This document shows positions 1 to 9,186 of a DNA stretch of 32,000 nt, piece by piece. Position numbers and translations under genes: made by a program. Each line of letters opens with the position of its first letter. Within the stretch, counting starts at the first letter, position 1. Under the pieces are notes generated by a model that saw only the letters and a list, made by a program, of their open reading frames with translations, searched no databases and had not been told where the DNA came from. Source of the DNA: Methanococcus maripaludis (GTDB taxonomy: Archaea > AGJL01 > Methanococci > Methanococcales > Methanococcaceae); contig NZ_CP026606.1 of NCBI RefSeq assembly GCF_002945325.1, positions 1,410,001 through 1,442,000 of the forward strand, written 5' to 3'.

Positions 1-1041
1 CCAGAATATGAAGAAATAAATGGGGTAAATGTTTATCGGGTAAAGCCAATTTCCCACAATAATTTTTTAACTTGGGCAATGTTTATGGCAAGTTCCTTTG
101 AAAAAAAGATAGGGAGTTTAGGTGTTGAAAATTATGACGTAATACACTGCCACGACTGGATGACTTCGTTTGTCGGTTCAAATATAAAGCACACGACAAA
201 AAAGCCATATGTTCAATCAATTCACAGTACTGAGCGAGGACGTTGTGGCGGAATTAATTCTGAAGATTCAAGGGCAATAAACGATGCGGAATGGTGGGGA
301 AGCTATGAAGCAAATCAATTAATTGCAGTAAGTCATTCAATTAAAGATGAGATGTGTTTTGGATTTAATACGCCATGGGAAAAGGTAAACGTGATATATA
401 ATGGCGTAAATCCTTGGGAATTTGATATTAATGGCGATGATAATGAAAAATACAATTTCAGACGAAATCTGGGTGTAAATGATAATGAAAACATGATTCT
501 TTACGTTGGAAGGCTTGTTTATCAAAAAGGGGTTGAACATTTAATCAGGGGATTTCAAAAGTTTTTAATTGGACATCCTAATTCAAAACTAATAATTGCA
601 GGGGAGGGGCACATGCAGGGCCATTTGGAGCATTTAGCATGGGTTTTGGGATGTGGTGACAGAGTTATTTTTTTAGGATTTAAAAATGGAACTTTTCTAA
701 AAAAACTATACAAATATGCGGATGCATGTGTTATTCCTTCGGTTTATGAACCCTTTGGAATTGTTGCACTCGAATCAATGGCTGCAGGAACTCCTGTTGT
801 TGCAAGCGATGTTGGAGGCCTTAGTGAAATTATAAACCATGAATACAACGGGGTTAAAGTTTACCCGAGAGACGCAGATTCTATTGCATGGGGTCTTGAT
901 AGGGTAATTTCTGACTGGGGATTTAGAGAATGGGTAGTTAAAAATGCAAAGCACGATGCATATACGAAATACAGCTGGGATGCAATCGCAAATCAAACGA
1001 TTCAGGTATATAAACGTGCAATCGAAATGATGAAGCAATAA
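1..1041 (+). CDS. glgA: Glycogen/starch synthase, GT5 family, 5'-truncated by the window edge
   Basis: The frame is open from base 1 (PEYEEINGVNVYRVKPISHNNF...) into the 79..1041 ORF. Typical GlgA/GT-B C-terminal motifs are present: VIHCHDWMTS, ILYVGRLVYQKGVEHLI, PSVYEPFGIVALESMAAGTPVVASDVGGLSEII. Confidence 0.9.
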   Translation, partial: PEYEEINGVNVYRVKPISHNNFLTWAMFMASSFEKKIGSLGVENYDVIHCHDWMTSFVGSNIKHTTKKPYVQSIHSTERGRCGGINSEDSRAINDAEWWGSYEANQLIAVSHSIKDEMCFGFNTPWEKVNVIYNGVNPWEFDINGDDNEKYNFRRNLGVNDNENMILYVGRLVYQKGVEHLIRGFQKFLIGHPNSKLIIAGEGHMQGHLEHLAWVLGCGDRVIFLGFKNGTFLKKLYKYADACVIPSVYEPFGIVALESMAAGTPVVASDVGGLSEIINHEYNGVKVYPRDADSIAWGLDRVISDWGFREWVVKNAKHDAYTKYSWDAIANQTIQVYKRAIEMMKQ

Positions 1042-1145
1042 ATTATTATAAAACTTGGAATTAATATATTTAATAAGACTTAATTTTGATTTTTACATTT
1101 TTTATATTATTTAAATAATTTTTCAATAGATTCAGGGTGGGGCTG

Positions 1146-3011
1146 ATGGTTGGAATTATTGGAAATGGAAATATCCTTGCAAAAATAGATGATTCAGGGT
1201 CTATTGAGTACATGTTTTACCCGAGCCTCGGCTATGAAAAACACATTTTTGACGCTTCTTTTGCAATTTACAATCACGGCCTTAGGTGGGCGTGGGACAA
1301 TGGTTGGGAAATTAATCAAAGTTACGTGAAAGATACGAATATTTTGCGTACCACTTACGAATGCAATGAATTTTTGATGGAATCAAGAGATTATATTCCA
1401 ATTTCTCACAATATAATAATAAAACAGATTTCAATATCTAATAAAACCGATGAAACTCAGGATTTGAAATTATTTTTTTATGAAAATTTACGAATGGGTG
1501 AAATTCCAAGGGAAAATACCGTCCAGTTCATGAAAGACCCCAGAATGATTATGAAATACGATGGAATGTACTCGATGTGTATTGGAAGCGATAAAAAAAT
1601 CGATTCATACCAATGCGGGGTTAGGTCTTCTGATAAAAGTGCATTGATTGACATTTCAAATGGAATTTTAAAAGAATATTCTACTTCTTCAGGCCTTATA
1701 ACTGATAGTGCTATTTCATGGGATTTAAAACTACTTCCTGGTCAAAAACAGTCAGTTTCTGTTTATATCATCATGAACGAGTACAAAGGAGACCAGTATA
1801 AATTGATGGAAACAATGGATTCTATTAAAGTTGTTATTGATAATCACGAAGACTTCTACCAACTTACAAACTCATACTGGAAAAATTTGCTCGAAACAAC
1901 GATAAGTAAATTAAGTGCAAATGAATTAAACCGGGTTTCAATGTGCGAAGATTTGTGTAAACGGTCTCTTTTAACACTGCTTCTTTTATGTGATCGGGGC
2001 GGGGGAATAATGGCGTCCCCATCTCTTTATCCTGATTACCGACATGTATGGTGCAGGGATGGCGGATATATTGCAGTTGCACTTTCGCTCTGCGGACAGT
2101 CCAGCATTGTTGAAAAATATTTTGAATGGTGCAGAAAAACCCAGAATGAAGATGGTTCTTGGGTTCAGAGTTATTATATCAATGGAATTCCTCGTTTAAC
2201 TGCAATGCAGATAGATCAGGTTGGAACTACGATTTGGGCAGCGTTAATTCATTATCGAAAGAGTGATAATGAAAAATTTTTACGAAAAAATTGGGCAATG
2301 TTAAAAAAAGCAGCAGATTATCTATCAAATGCAGCAATTGCGCTTTCTCCAAGTTACGATTTATGGGAAGAAAAATACGGAGTTTTCACATACACTTTGG
2401 GTTCAATGTATGGAGGACTTAAATCTGCAGTAAAAATTGCGAAAATTTTGGAAGAAAATGAGGGATTGGTTGAAAAATGGCAAAATTCGCTGAAATTTTT
2501 AAAAGAAGAAGTCGTTGAAAAAATATATTTGAATGATAAAAATAGATTTTCAAAAGCACTGCATCCAAAAGACGAAACAACTGATTCAAGTATACTTGGA
2601 ATAACGGTTCCATTCAACTTGGTAAATGCAGATGATCCAAGAATGGTTGCAACAGCAGACCAGATCGAATCTGCATTTGATTATAAAGTTGGAGGAATTG
2701 GCAGATATCCAAAAGACGTCTATTTTGGCGGAAATCCTTGGATTATAAATACGCTATGGCTTTACATGTATTACGAACTGCTTATATATGATCTTTCAAA
2801 AAATAAGTCAATTAAAAAGGAAATTTTGAATAATTATCGTGAAAAAAGTTCAACTCTGTTTGACTGGGTATGTAAATATAATTTTAGCGGGTTAATGCCT
2901 GAACAGATACACAAAGACCTCGGGGTTCCAATTTCCGCAATGCCTCTTGGATGGTCACATGCAATGTTTATAATTGCGGTTCACGGGGATTTTGAGATAT
3001 TAATTCCCTAA
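1146..3011 (+). CDS. Glycoside hydrolase family 15 protein (glucoamylase-like)
   Basis: Long ORF with GH15-like motifs (SPSLYPDYRHVWCRDGGYIAVAL, GTTIWAALIHYRKS, YFGGNPWIINTLWLYMYYELL). The ORF track starts at a GTG (1137). The ATG at 1146 is preceded by ggtgggg and is the better start. Confidence 0.87.
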   Translation: MVGIIGNGNILAKIDDSGSIEYMFYPSLGYEKHIFDASFAIYNHGLRWAWDNGWEINQSYVKDTNILRTTYECNEFLMESRDYIPISHNIIIKQISISNKTDETQDLKLFFYENLRMGEIPRENTVQFMKDPRMIMKYDGMYSMCIGSDKKIDSYQCGVRSSDKSALIDISNGILKEYSTSSGLITDSAISWDLKLLPGQKQSVSVYIIMNEYKGDQYKLMETMDSIKVVIDNHEDFYQLTNSYWKNLLETTISKLSANELNRVSMCEDLCKRSLLTLLLLCDRGGGIMASPSLYPDYRHVWCRDGGYIAVALSLCGQSSIVEKYFEWCRKTQNEDGSWVQSYYINGIPRLTAMQIDQVGTTIWAALIHYRKSDNEKFLRKNWAMLKKAADYLSNAAIALSPSYDLWEEKYGVFTYTLGSMYGGLKSAVKIAKILEENEGLVEKWQNSLKFLKEEVVEKIYLNDKNRFSKALHPKDETTDSSILGITVPFNLVNADDPRMVATADQIESAFDYKVGGIGRYPKDVYFGGNPWIINTLWLYMYYELLIYDLSKNKSIKKEILNNYREKSSTLFDWVCKYNFSGLMPEQIHKDLGVPISAMPLGWSHAMFIIAVHGDFEILIP

Positions 3012-3078
3012 ATTAAGACATATTATATACTATTAATAACACTATTTTCATGTAGTTTTAAATCTGTGGGGGATAATT

Positions 3079-4302
3079 GTGTTGCTGTCTCTTAATTTCG
3101 AGGTCCATCAACCAAACAGGCTCAGAAAATCTGTAAATTTAAACAGTGGGGATTTATGGAACCGCTATGTTGACGTAGAATTAAACAAAGAAATTTTTAA
3201 CAAGGTAGCAGATAAGTGCTACATTCCTTCAAATATGATAATGCTCGAATTAATTGATAATTATGATATTGAGCTATCTTATAGTATTACAGGCGTTTTT
3301 TTAGAACAGGCTCTCGAATTTAATGAAGAAGTCGTTGAATTATTTAGGGATTTAGCAAAAACCGGAAATGTGGAATTTTTAGGTGAGACTTACCACCATT
3401 CATTATCTAGTCTTTTTGAAGATCACGAAGAGTTTAAAGAAGATATCCTCGATCATAAAAAATTAATAAAAGAGCTTTTCGGGTACAAAACAACGACATT
3501 TAGAAATACCGAACTGATTTTTAACAATAAAATTGCAGAAACAATCAAAGAAATGGGTTTTAGAGGAATATTTACCGAAGGGGCTAACCGTATTTTAGAT
3601 TGGAGGTCTCCAAATTACGTTTACAGTGCATTATCTGGATTAAACGTACTTTTTAGAAATTACAACTTAAGCGATGATATAGGATTTAGATTTTCTTCAA
3701 GGGATTGGAAAGAATACCCTTTAATGGCTGACAAATATGCAAGTTGGCTTTCAAATACTCCTGGGGACTGTATAAATTTATACATGGATTATGAAACTTT
3801 TGGAGAACACCAGTGGGCCGATACCGGAATTTTTGAATTTTTAAGGTATCTTCCAAAAGAGTTGGAAAATTATAACCATATCGAATATTCAACCCCTTCT
3901 GAAATACTTGAATTGTGTACGCCAAAAGATACCGTTGATGTTTTTGAATTTTCAACCCTTTCGTGGGCTGATTCAGAAAGAGATCTGAGTGCATGGCTTG
4001 GAAACCGGATGCAGCAGTTATCCTTTCAAAGATTAAAAGAAATAAGGAAATACCTTGGTAATTATTTAAAACGATATGATGAGAAAGAGCGAAAAGAGTT
4101 AATAGAATATAAAATCTATAAGAATATGCAGACTAGTGATAATTTTTACTACATGTGCACGAAAGGTTTTAATGATATGGATGTTCATTCTTATTTCAGC
4201 CATTTTTCAACGCCTTATGACGCTTATTCAGCGTATCTTGATGCATATTATGATTTTAAGAATCATCTAGTTTTAAAACTAATTTCAACATATTTCAAGT
4301 AG
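3079..4302 (+). CDS. Glycoside hydrolase family 57 protein (alpha-amylase-like)
   Basis: The N-terminus MLLSLNFEVHQPNRL and the WADSERDLSAWLGNRMQ segment are typical of archaeal GH57 proteins. GTG start preceded by tgggggat. Confidence 0.87.
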   Translation: MLLSLNFEVHQPNRLRKSVNLNSGDLWNRYVDVELNKEIFNKVADKCYIPSNMIMLELIDNYDIELSYSITGVFLEQALEFNEEVVELFRDLAKTGNVEFLGETYHHSLSSLFEDHEEFKEDILDHKKLIKELFGYKTTTFRNTELIFNNKIAETIKEMGFRGIFTEGANRILDWRSPNYVYSALSGLNVLFRNYNLSDDIGFRFSSRDWKEYPLMADKYASWLSNTPGDCINLYMDYETFGEHQWADTGIFEFLRYLPKELENYNHIEYSTPSEILELCTPKDTVDVFEFSTLSWADSERDLSAWLGNRMQQLSFQRLKEIRKYLGNYLKRYDEKERKELIEYKIYKNMQTSDNFYYMCTKGFNDMDVHSYFSHFSTPYDAYSAYLDAYYDFKNHLVLKLISTYFK

Positions 4303-4318
4303 TTAAAAGTGGTTATAA

Positions 4319-5011
4319 ATGTACGAAAACACGAACAGTGAAGAAAATAATAACAACATTCAAAGTCAGAATATGGATATTCAGAAATTTAAAAAATATA
4401 TTCGAACCGAAAAGAAAGCAGATGAGCGACCGAAAGTAATTGTAATGGGCCGTTCAAACGTCGGAAAATCTACTTTCGTAAAACTTGTAACTGGAAAGAA
4501 TGTACGGGTTGGAAAAAAGCCCGGAGTTACACTAAAAATTACTGAATATGATATGGGAACTTATATCTTGGTAGATTTGCCAGGTTTTGGGTTCATGGAA
4601 GGAATAGAAAAAAAAGCACAGGAAAAAATTAAAGACGAGATCATTCACTATGTAGAAGACAATAAAGATGCAATTGCAGCATCGATTCACATTTTGGATG
4701 CTAAATCTTTCATTGACATAGTTGAGAGATGGGGCAACAAAGGAGAGGTTCCAATTGATCTTGAAATGGCTGATTTTTTAGAAGAACTTGAATTAAACCC
4801 TATATTTGTAGTAAACAAAATGGATAAAATAAAAAATTCTGAATGGGATAACCACCTTGACAAGGTTTCAGAAACACTTGGATTTTTACCCCCTTGGAGA
4901 CAGTGGCTTGATAATTTTGTTCCAGCAATAATGAGGGACAATTATGGAATTGATGGAATAAAACACAGAATAAACAAAAGAATAAATAGCTTTAAAAAAT
5001 CAAAGAAGTAA
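4319..5011 (+). CDS. engB: EngB-type GTP-binding protein
   Basis: G1 GRSNVGKS, G3 DLPGFG and G4 NKMD motifs in a 230-aa protein of the TrmE-Era-EngA-EngB superfamily. Confidence 0.88.
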   Translation: MYENTNSEENNNNIQSQNMDIQKFKKYIRTEKKADERPKVIVMGRSNVGKSTFVKLVTGKNVRVGKKPGVTLKITEYDMGTYILVDLPGFGFMEGIEKKAQEKIKDEIIHYVEDNKDAIAASIHILDAKSFIDIVERWGNKGEVPIDLEMADFLEELELNPIFVVNKMDKIKNSEWDNHLDKVSETLGFLPPWRQWLDNFVPAIMRDNYGIDGIKHRINKRINSFKKSKK

Positions 5012-5053
5012 CGACCTTTTTTGAATTTTCAACCCATTCTGCCTTAAGAAATG

Positions 5054-5062
5054 TTTATATAT
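5054..5062 (+). promoter_or_regulatory. Archaeal TATA box (box A) for rpl10e
   Basis: TTTATATAT located 75 nt upstream of the start codon. An AT-rich leader follows, with a GGAGG Shine-Dalgarno directly before ATG 5137. Confidence 0.6.
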
Positions 5063-5136
5063 CATTAGATAGATGTATATTGTAGCACGCTTATGAATGG
5101 CTTTTTTATAAACACGAAGCATATGGAGGAACAATT

Positions 5137-5658
5137 ATGGCACTAAGACCAGCAAGATGTTACAGAACTATAGAAAGAAGATCGTACACAAGAAAAGAGT
5201 ACGTAAGAGCAGTACCTCAACCAAAAGTTGTTCACTACGTTATGGGCAACCCAAGCGCTGAATTCCCGGTACAAGTACAGCTTGTATCAAAATCAGATAT
5301 TTTAATAAGACACAACGCTTTGGAATCCTCAAGGATTGCAGGTAACAAATACATATTAAGTGAATGTGGTAGAACTGGGTACTTATTCAATATCAGAGTT
5401 TACCCTCACGAAATATTAAGAGAAAACAAAATGGCTGCAGGAGCAGGTGCGGACAGGATTTCCGATGGAATGAGATTATCATTCGGTAAAGCTGTTGGAA
5501 CAGCTGCAAAAGTTAAAAAAGGACAGGAAATCATCACAATTGGTGTAAACCCTGAAAAATTCTACGCAGCAAAAGAAGCATTAAGAAGATGCTCAATGAA
5601 ATTACCTACAGCATGCAAAATTGTTGTGACAAAAGGAAAAGAATTAATTAAAGATTAA
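5137..5658 (+). CDS. rpl10e: 50S ribosomal protein L10e (L16/L10e family)
   Basis: MALRPARCYRTIERRSYTRKEYVRAVPQPKVVHY...AAGAGADRISDGMRLSFGKAVGTAA is the archaeal L10e signature. Confidence 0.97.
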   Translation: MALRPARCYRTIERRSYTRKEYVRAVPQPKVVHYVMGNPSAEFPVQVQLVSKSDILIRHNALESSRIAGNKYILSECGRTGYLFNIRVYPHEILRENKMAAGAGADRISDGMRLSFGKAVGTAAKVKKGQEIITIGVNPEKFYAAKEALRRCSMKLPTACKIVVTKGKELIKD

Positions 5659-5720
5659 TTGGTTATTTCCTATTTTTTTTCAAAATAAAAATTTTTAAAA
5701 AAGTATAAGTTTTTTTAAGG

Positions 5721-6998
5721 TTATTCATCATCTTTTGGAACTTCTGCTCTAATAAATTCCTCTTTTCCTTTTAACAAACTCATTGTAGCATCAATTCCCA
5801 TTTTTGCAGTTAATTTATTTTTATGGTCCGCTGATGGATCTAAGGATGATCCTTTAGCTCCGGGGATGATTATAATATCTTTATCGCTTTGAACTCTTGT
5901 AGCAACCGCGTATTCCACATCGTTTGCATCGTAAATGTTAATATCATCATCTACAACAGTTACGTGTTTTAAACTTGGATGTGCTGCAAGTGCTGCAAGG
6001 ATTGCGTTTTTACCATCGCCTTCAGTTTTTTTATCGATTGAAACAACGGCATTTAACCAACAGCATCCTCCTTGTGTTAAGGCAACATTTTTAAGTGATG
6101 GAACTGTGTTTCTGATTCCTTTGTACATTCTTGGTTCTTGAGGTATGCCCATCAAGAGTTTGTGTTCACTTCCTCCAGGAAGTAGTGCATGAAATATTGC
6201 ATCTTCTTTTCTTCTAAGTGCTGTTACTTTAATCAATGGCTGTTTTCTTATAACGTCGTATGTTCCAGTAATGTCAACAAATGGTCCTTCATCAACCATT
6301 TCTGCCGTTATTTTTGCTTCAATTATAAATTCTGCTTCTGGAACTTCCAAATCAACGGTTTTACATTTTACTAAATTTAATGGTTTATTCATCAATGCAG
6401 AAGCGTATTTTAATTCATTAAATGAAACATCTCCTGAAGTTGAAGCTGCAAGTAAAACTGCAGGGTGAACTCCAATAACAATTGCACAATCTACTTCGCC
6501 ATTACCGATATTTTTGTTGTAGATGTAGTGGAGGTGTCTTTGTTCGACCATTCGAATTGCTAAATTACCATCAGGCCTGACTAAAATCCTGTGAATTGAT
6601 GCATTTACTCCTTCGTCTTTATCTTTTACAATAACTACACCTGATGTAAGGTATGGACCCGCATCTTTTCCGTAGTATGTTGGAATTGGGTATTCATGAA
6701 TTTTTTCCAAATCATCATCAATATAAAGTTTTTCTAAACTTTCATCAACGATTAATTCCCCATTTTTTTCATTGTTCATGGATTCAACCATGTGTTTCAT
6801 TAAATCTTCTTTTTCAATGCCAAGACTCTCTGCAATAACTTCTCTTGTACACAAGTTTCCAATAACTGGGTATCCATTTACATCTTTAATAAAAACTGGT
6901 TTATCGTCATTTTCTTTTAAAATTCTTGAAACTCCAAATTTTTTGGTAGATTTTTCAAAAACAAGTTTTTCAATAGAATTTACGAGGTTTTTTACCAT
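5721..6998 (-). CDS. UbiD-family decarboxylase (candidate archaeal mevalonate-pathway enzyme)
   Basis: 425-aa protein with UbiD-family features: GVIVVKDKDEGVNASIHRILVRPDGNLAIRMVEQRHLHYIYNK...CAIVIGVHPAVLLAAS, GPFVDITGTYD, HALLPGG. Minus strand confirmed by reading TTATTCATCATC at 5721 as the reverse of a GAT-GAT-GAA-TAA end. Confidence 0.9.
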   Translation of the reverse strand: MVKNLVNSIEKLVFEKSTKKFGVSRILKENDDKPVFIKDVNGYPVIGNLCTREVIAESLGIEKEDLMKHMVESMNNEKNGELIVDESLEKLYIDDDLEKIHEYPIPTYYGKDAGPYLTSGVVIVKDKDEGVNASIHRILVRPDGNLAIRMVEQRHLHYIYNKNIGNGEVDCAIVIGVHPAVLLAASTSGDVSFNELKYASALMNKPLNLVKCKTVDLEVPEAEFIIEAKITAEMVDEGPFVDITGTYDVIRKQPLIKVTALRRKEDAIFHALLPGGSEHKLLMGIPQEPRMYKGIRNTVPSLKNVALTQGGCCWLNAVVSIDKKTEGDGKNAILAALAAHPSLKHVTVVDDDINIYDANDVEYAVATRVQSDKDIIIIPGAKGSSLDPSADHKNKLTAKMGIDATMSLLKGKEEFIRAEVPKDDE

Positions 6999-7037
6999 AT
7001 GACCACCTGAAAAGTAAATTAAACAAAAATAAAAAGA

Positions 7038-7331
7038 TTATCGTTTTTTTCTAGCAATTTCTTTACTTAATTTTTCGCCAGTATCATTCAACCTGCTTGC
7101 AACACTTCTTGGAACGTTGCCCTTTTCAGACAGTATTTTTCCAATTGTTCCAGATAATAAAAAAATAGCAAAGGTATGTTCTGATTTGGTTCTGTGAATG
7201 TGGTGAGGCCTTATATTTAAATCATCATATTCTTTAAACGATTCTTCAAGTTCGATTCCAAATTTTCTTGCCAAATCTTTTCTCATATAAACCAAAAGCT
7301 GGTGTAATTGGATGAGTTCATCCTTATGCAT
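7038..7331 (-). CDS. UPF0058 family protein
   Basis: MHKDELIQLHQLLVYMRKDLARKFG...NIRPHHIHRTKSEHTFAIFLLS is characteristic of the small archaeal UPF0058 family. Confidence 0.8.
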   Translation of the reverse strand: MHKDELIQLHQLLVYMRKDLARKFGIELEESFKEYDDLNIRPHHIHRTKSEHTFAIFLLSGTIGKILSEKGNVPRSVASRLNDTGEKLSKEIARKKR

Positions 7332-7364
7332 TTAATCACCTTTAAATTTAAAAGAAATTGTTAT

Positions 7365-8675
7365 TTAAGCTACAATTTCGTCAAATGAAAATAATCGAAG
7401 GTTTACGGGTTTTTTAGTAACATTTATTTCTTTTCCAACAATTATCGGGGTTTTATCATAAAGTAAATCCACAATTTTTTGACTTATCGGCATATCTGCT
7501 GCAAAGAAGTCCATTTTTTTGATTTCATGGATATTTGTTAGAAATTCTTTGAATGTATTCGTTTTTTCGGTTCCATCAACAACAAACTTGACGTTGCCTG
7601 TATTTTTAATGCTATCCACTATTTCTTTAACTCCGCTGAACTTTTTTTCAGATTGAGTTTCGTTTGTAGCATCAACATCTATAATTTCAGTTTCGGCTTT
7701 TTTTACAGACTCTACTATAATTGTTTCTTCTTCAATTGCGTCTTCTTTAAAAACCGGTTCAATAACTGCCGGTGTTTCTACTTTTTCAAAGTGTTTTGGG
7801 GTTATTGGTTCAACAATTTCTTTTGGAGTATTTAATTCAATAACTCCAGAACTATTGCAGTTGTTTCCAACGATCTGTTCAACAGGAACTTTTGCCCTCA
7901 AACATTTTATCAGTTCTTTTTTAGACGTTCCTTCAACTTCTTTTCCGTACGGTGCTCTTGCAACGTAGTCGATGTCGCAAGTTTGAAGAAGTTCTTTTAA
8001 AATTAACTCCCCTCCTCTATCTCCATCGGTAAAAGCGGTTGTGGTCTTTTTCTTTGTTAGTTCCATGATTGATTTTGGAACAGACGTTCCTTCAACAGCT
8101 ACTGTATTTTTAATTCCACATCTTAAAAGGTTTAAAACGTCGGCTCTTCCTTCAACAACAATAATAGAATCGGAATGTATTATATTGGGACCACAAGGAA
8201 GGTTTTCTGGCCCATATTCCATAATTTCTTCAGTTCTTAAAGATTCTTTGATTTCTTCCGTTATTTCATAGGTGTCAATCATTTCGTCCATTAATTTTCT
8301 TAAAATAGATCTTGCACGGTTTGTGATGTACTGTCTTTTTGATACTCTGATGTCTTCAACTTCAGTTATCTTAACCGTGGCAAAACAGGGACCAACTCTG
8401 TCAATCGTTTCAAGAGTTGCTGCAAGTATCGATGTTTCAACCTTGTCAAGACTTGAGGGCAGTGTTATTTTAGCAAAAGATTTTCCATTGATATTTTCAA
8501 GTTCAACATCAATTCTTCCAATTCTCCCGCTTTTTTGCAAATCTCTCAAGTCAAGTTCGTTACTCAACAGTCCTTCAGTTTGTCCGAAAATTGCACCGAT
8601 AACGTCGTGTTTTTCAACGTAACCATCCGCAATGAGCTCGGTATAAATGATATATTTTGTAGTTCCTAAATCCAT
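7365..8675 (-). CDS. dnaG: Archaeal DnaG-type primase (TOPRIM domain)
   Basis: [38 protein letters not shown]-terminus and TOPRIM motifs [24 protein letters not shown] and [26 protein letters not shown] lies upstream of the start. Confidence 0.96.
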   Translation of the reverse strand: MDLGTTKYIIYTELIADGYVEKHDVIGAIFGQTEGLLSNELDLRDLQKSGRIGRIDVELENINGKSFAKITLPSSLDKVETSILAATLETIDRVGPCFATVKITEVEDIRVSKRQYITNRARSILRKLMDEMIDTYEITEEIKESLRTEEIMEYGPENLPCGPNIIHSDSIIVVEGRADVLNLLRCGIKNTVAVEGTSVPKSIMELTKKKTTTAFTDGDRGGELILKELLQTCDIDYVARAPYGKEVEGTSKKELIKCLRAKVPVEQIVGNNCNSSGVIELNTPKEIVEPITPKHFEKVETPAVIEPVFKEDAIEEETIIVESVKKAETEIIDVDATNETQSEKKFSGVKEIVDSIKNTGNVKFVVDGTEKTNTFKEFLTNIHEIKKMDFFAADMPISQKIVDLLYDKTPIIVGKEINVTKKPVNLRLFSFDEIVA

Positions 8676-8846
8676 AAATGATCCTCCTTATGAAGTTTAA
8701 CCGACCAGTCTCAAAACCAAATTTTCTCGAAATCATTATTCTAATTTCATCTATCTACTTATAATATTTTTTGTATATATAATTAATATGAAAATTTTCT
8801 TTTATTTTGAAGAACAATCTTTTAGCACTCAACTCAACCAAAAAGT

Positions 8847-8855
8847 TTATATATG
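8847..8855 (+). promoter_or_regulatory. TATA box for the tRNA-Gly tandem
   Basis: TTTATATAT, 53 nt upstream of the mature tRNA-Gly 5' end, in the archaeal box A position. Confidence 0.65.
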
Positions 8856-8908
8856 AGATACTACAATGTGTAGTATGCTCTGAGATGAGTGAGAATTGGA
8901 ATGAAATA

Positions 8909-8981
8909 GCGGCTTTGATGTAGACTGGTATCATACGGCCCTGCCACGGCCGACACCCGGGTTCAAATCCCGGAGGCCGCA
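8909..8981 (+). tRNA. tRNA-Gly (anticodon GCC)
   Basis: The 7-bp acceptor GCGGCTT/AGGCCGC, anticodon arm CGGCC-CTGCCAC-GGCCG (GCC), and T arm CCGGG-TTCAAAT-CCCGG all fold. Discriminator A, and no encoded CCA. Confidence 0.95.
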
Positions 8982-8999
8982 TCTCTACAGTTAGAACGT

Positions 9000-9072
9000 G
9001 CGCCAGTGGTGTAGCCTGGTATCACTTTGGCCTTCCAAGCCAGTAACTCGGGTTCAAATCCCGACTGGCGCA
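9000..9072 (+). tRNA. tRNA-Gly (anticodon TCC)
   Basis: Acceptor GCGCCAG/CTGGCGC, anticodon loop CTTCCAA (TCC), and T arm TCGGG-TTCAAAT-CCCGA. Starts 18 nt after the preceding tRNA-Gly, and CTTTTTTATTTTA follows immediately. Confidence 0.95.
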
Positions 9073-9073
9073 C

Positions 9074-9083
9074 CTTTTTATTT
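9074..9083 (+). terminator. Oligo-T terminator after the tRNA-Gly tandem
   Basis: T-rich run directly after the tRNA 3' end, as expected for archaeal oligo-T termination. Confidence 0.5.
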
Positions 9084-9186
9084 TAGGCATATTAATTTGT
9101 TAATTTAGATTAATAAATGATATGGTCTTATATATTTCAAAACACACTATTTTCAAATACTTATCAACCATTTTACGGGGATATAT

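Noticed and set aside
3686-3994. 102-aa plus-strand ORF (MHSDLFLNQPTKG...)
   Set aside because: It overlaps the GH57 CDS out of frame and contains no recognizable motif or separate RBS.
5659-5720. T-rich segment between convergent rpl10e and the ubiD-like gene as a novel RNA
   Set aside because: Only oligo-T/oligo-A runs consistent with transcription termination on both strands. No convincing structured RNA.
8755-8982. Minus-strand 75-aa ORF (MRPPGFEPGCRPW...)
   Set aside because: The 'PPGFEPG' reading is the classic antisense translation of a tRNA T-arm. It covers tRNA-Gly(GCC) and is not a gene.
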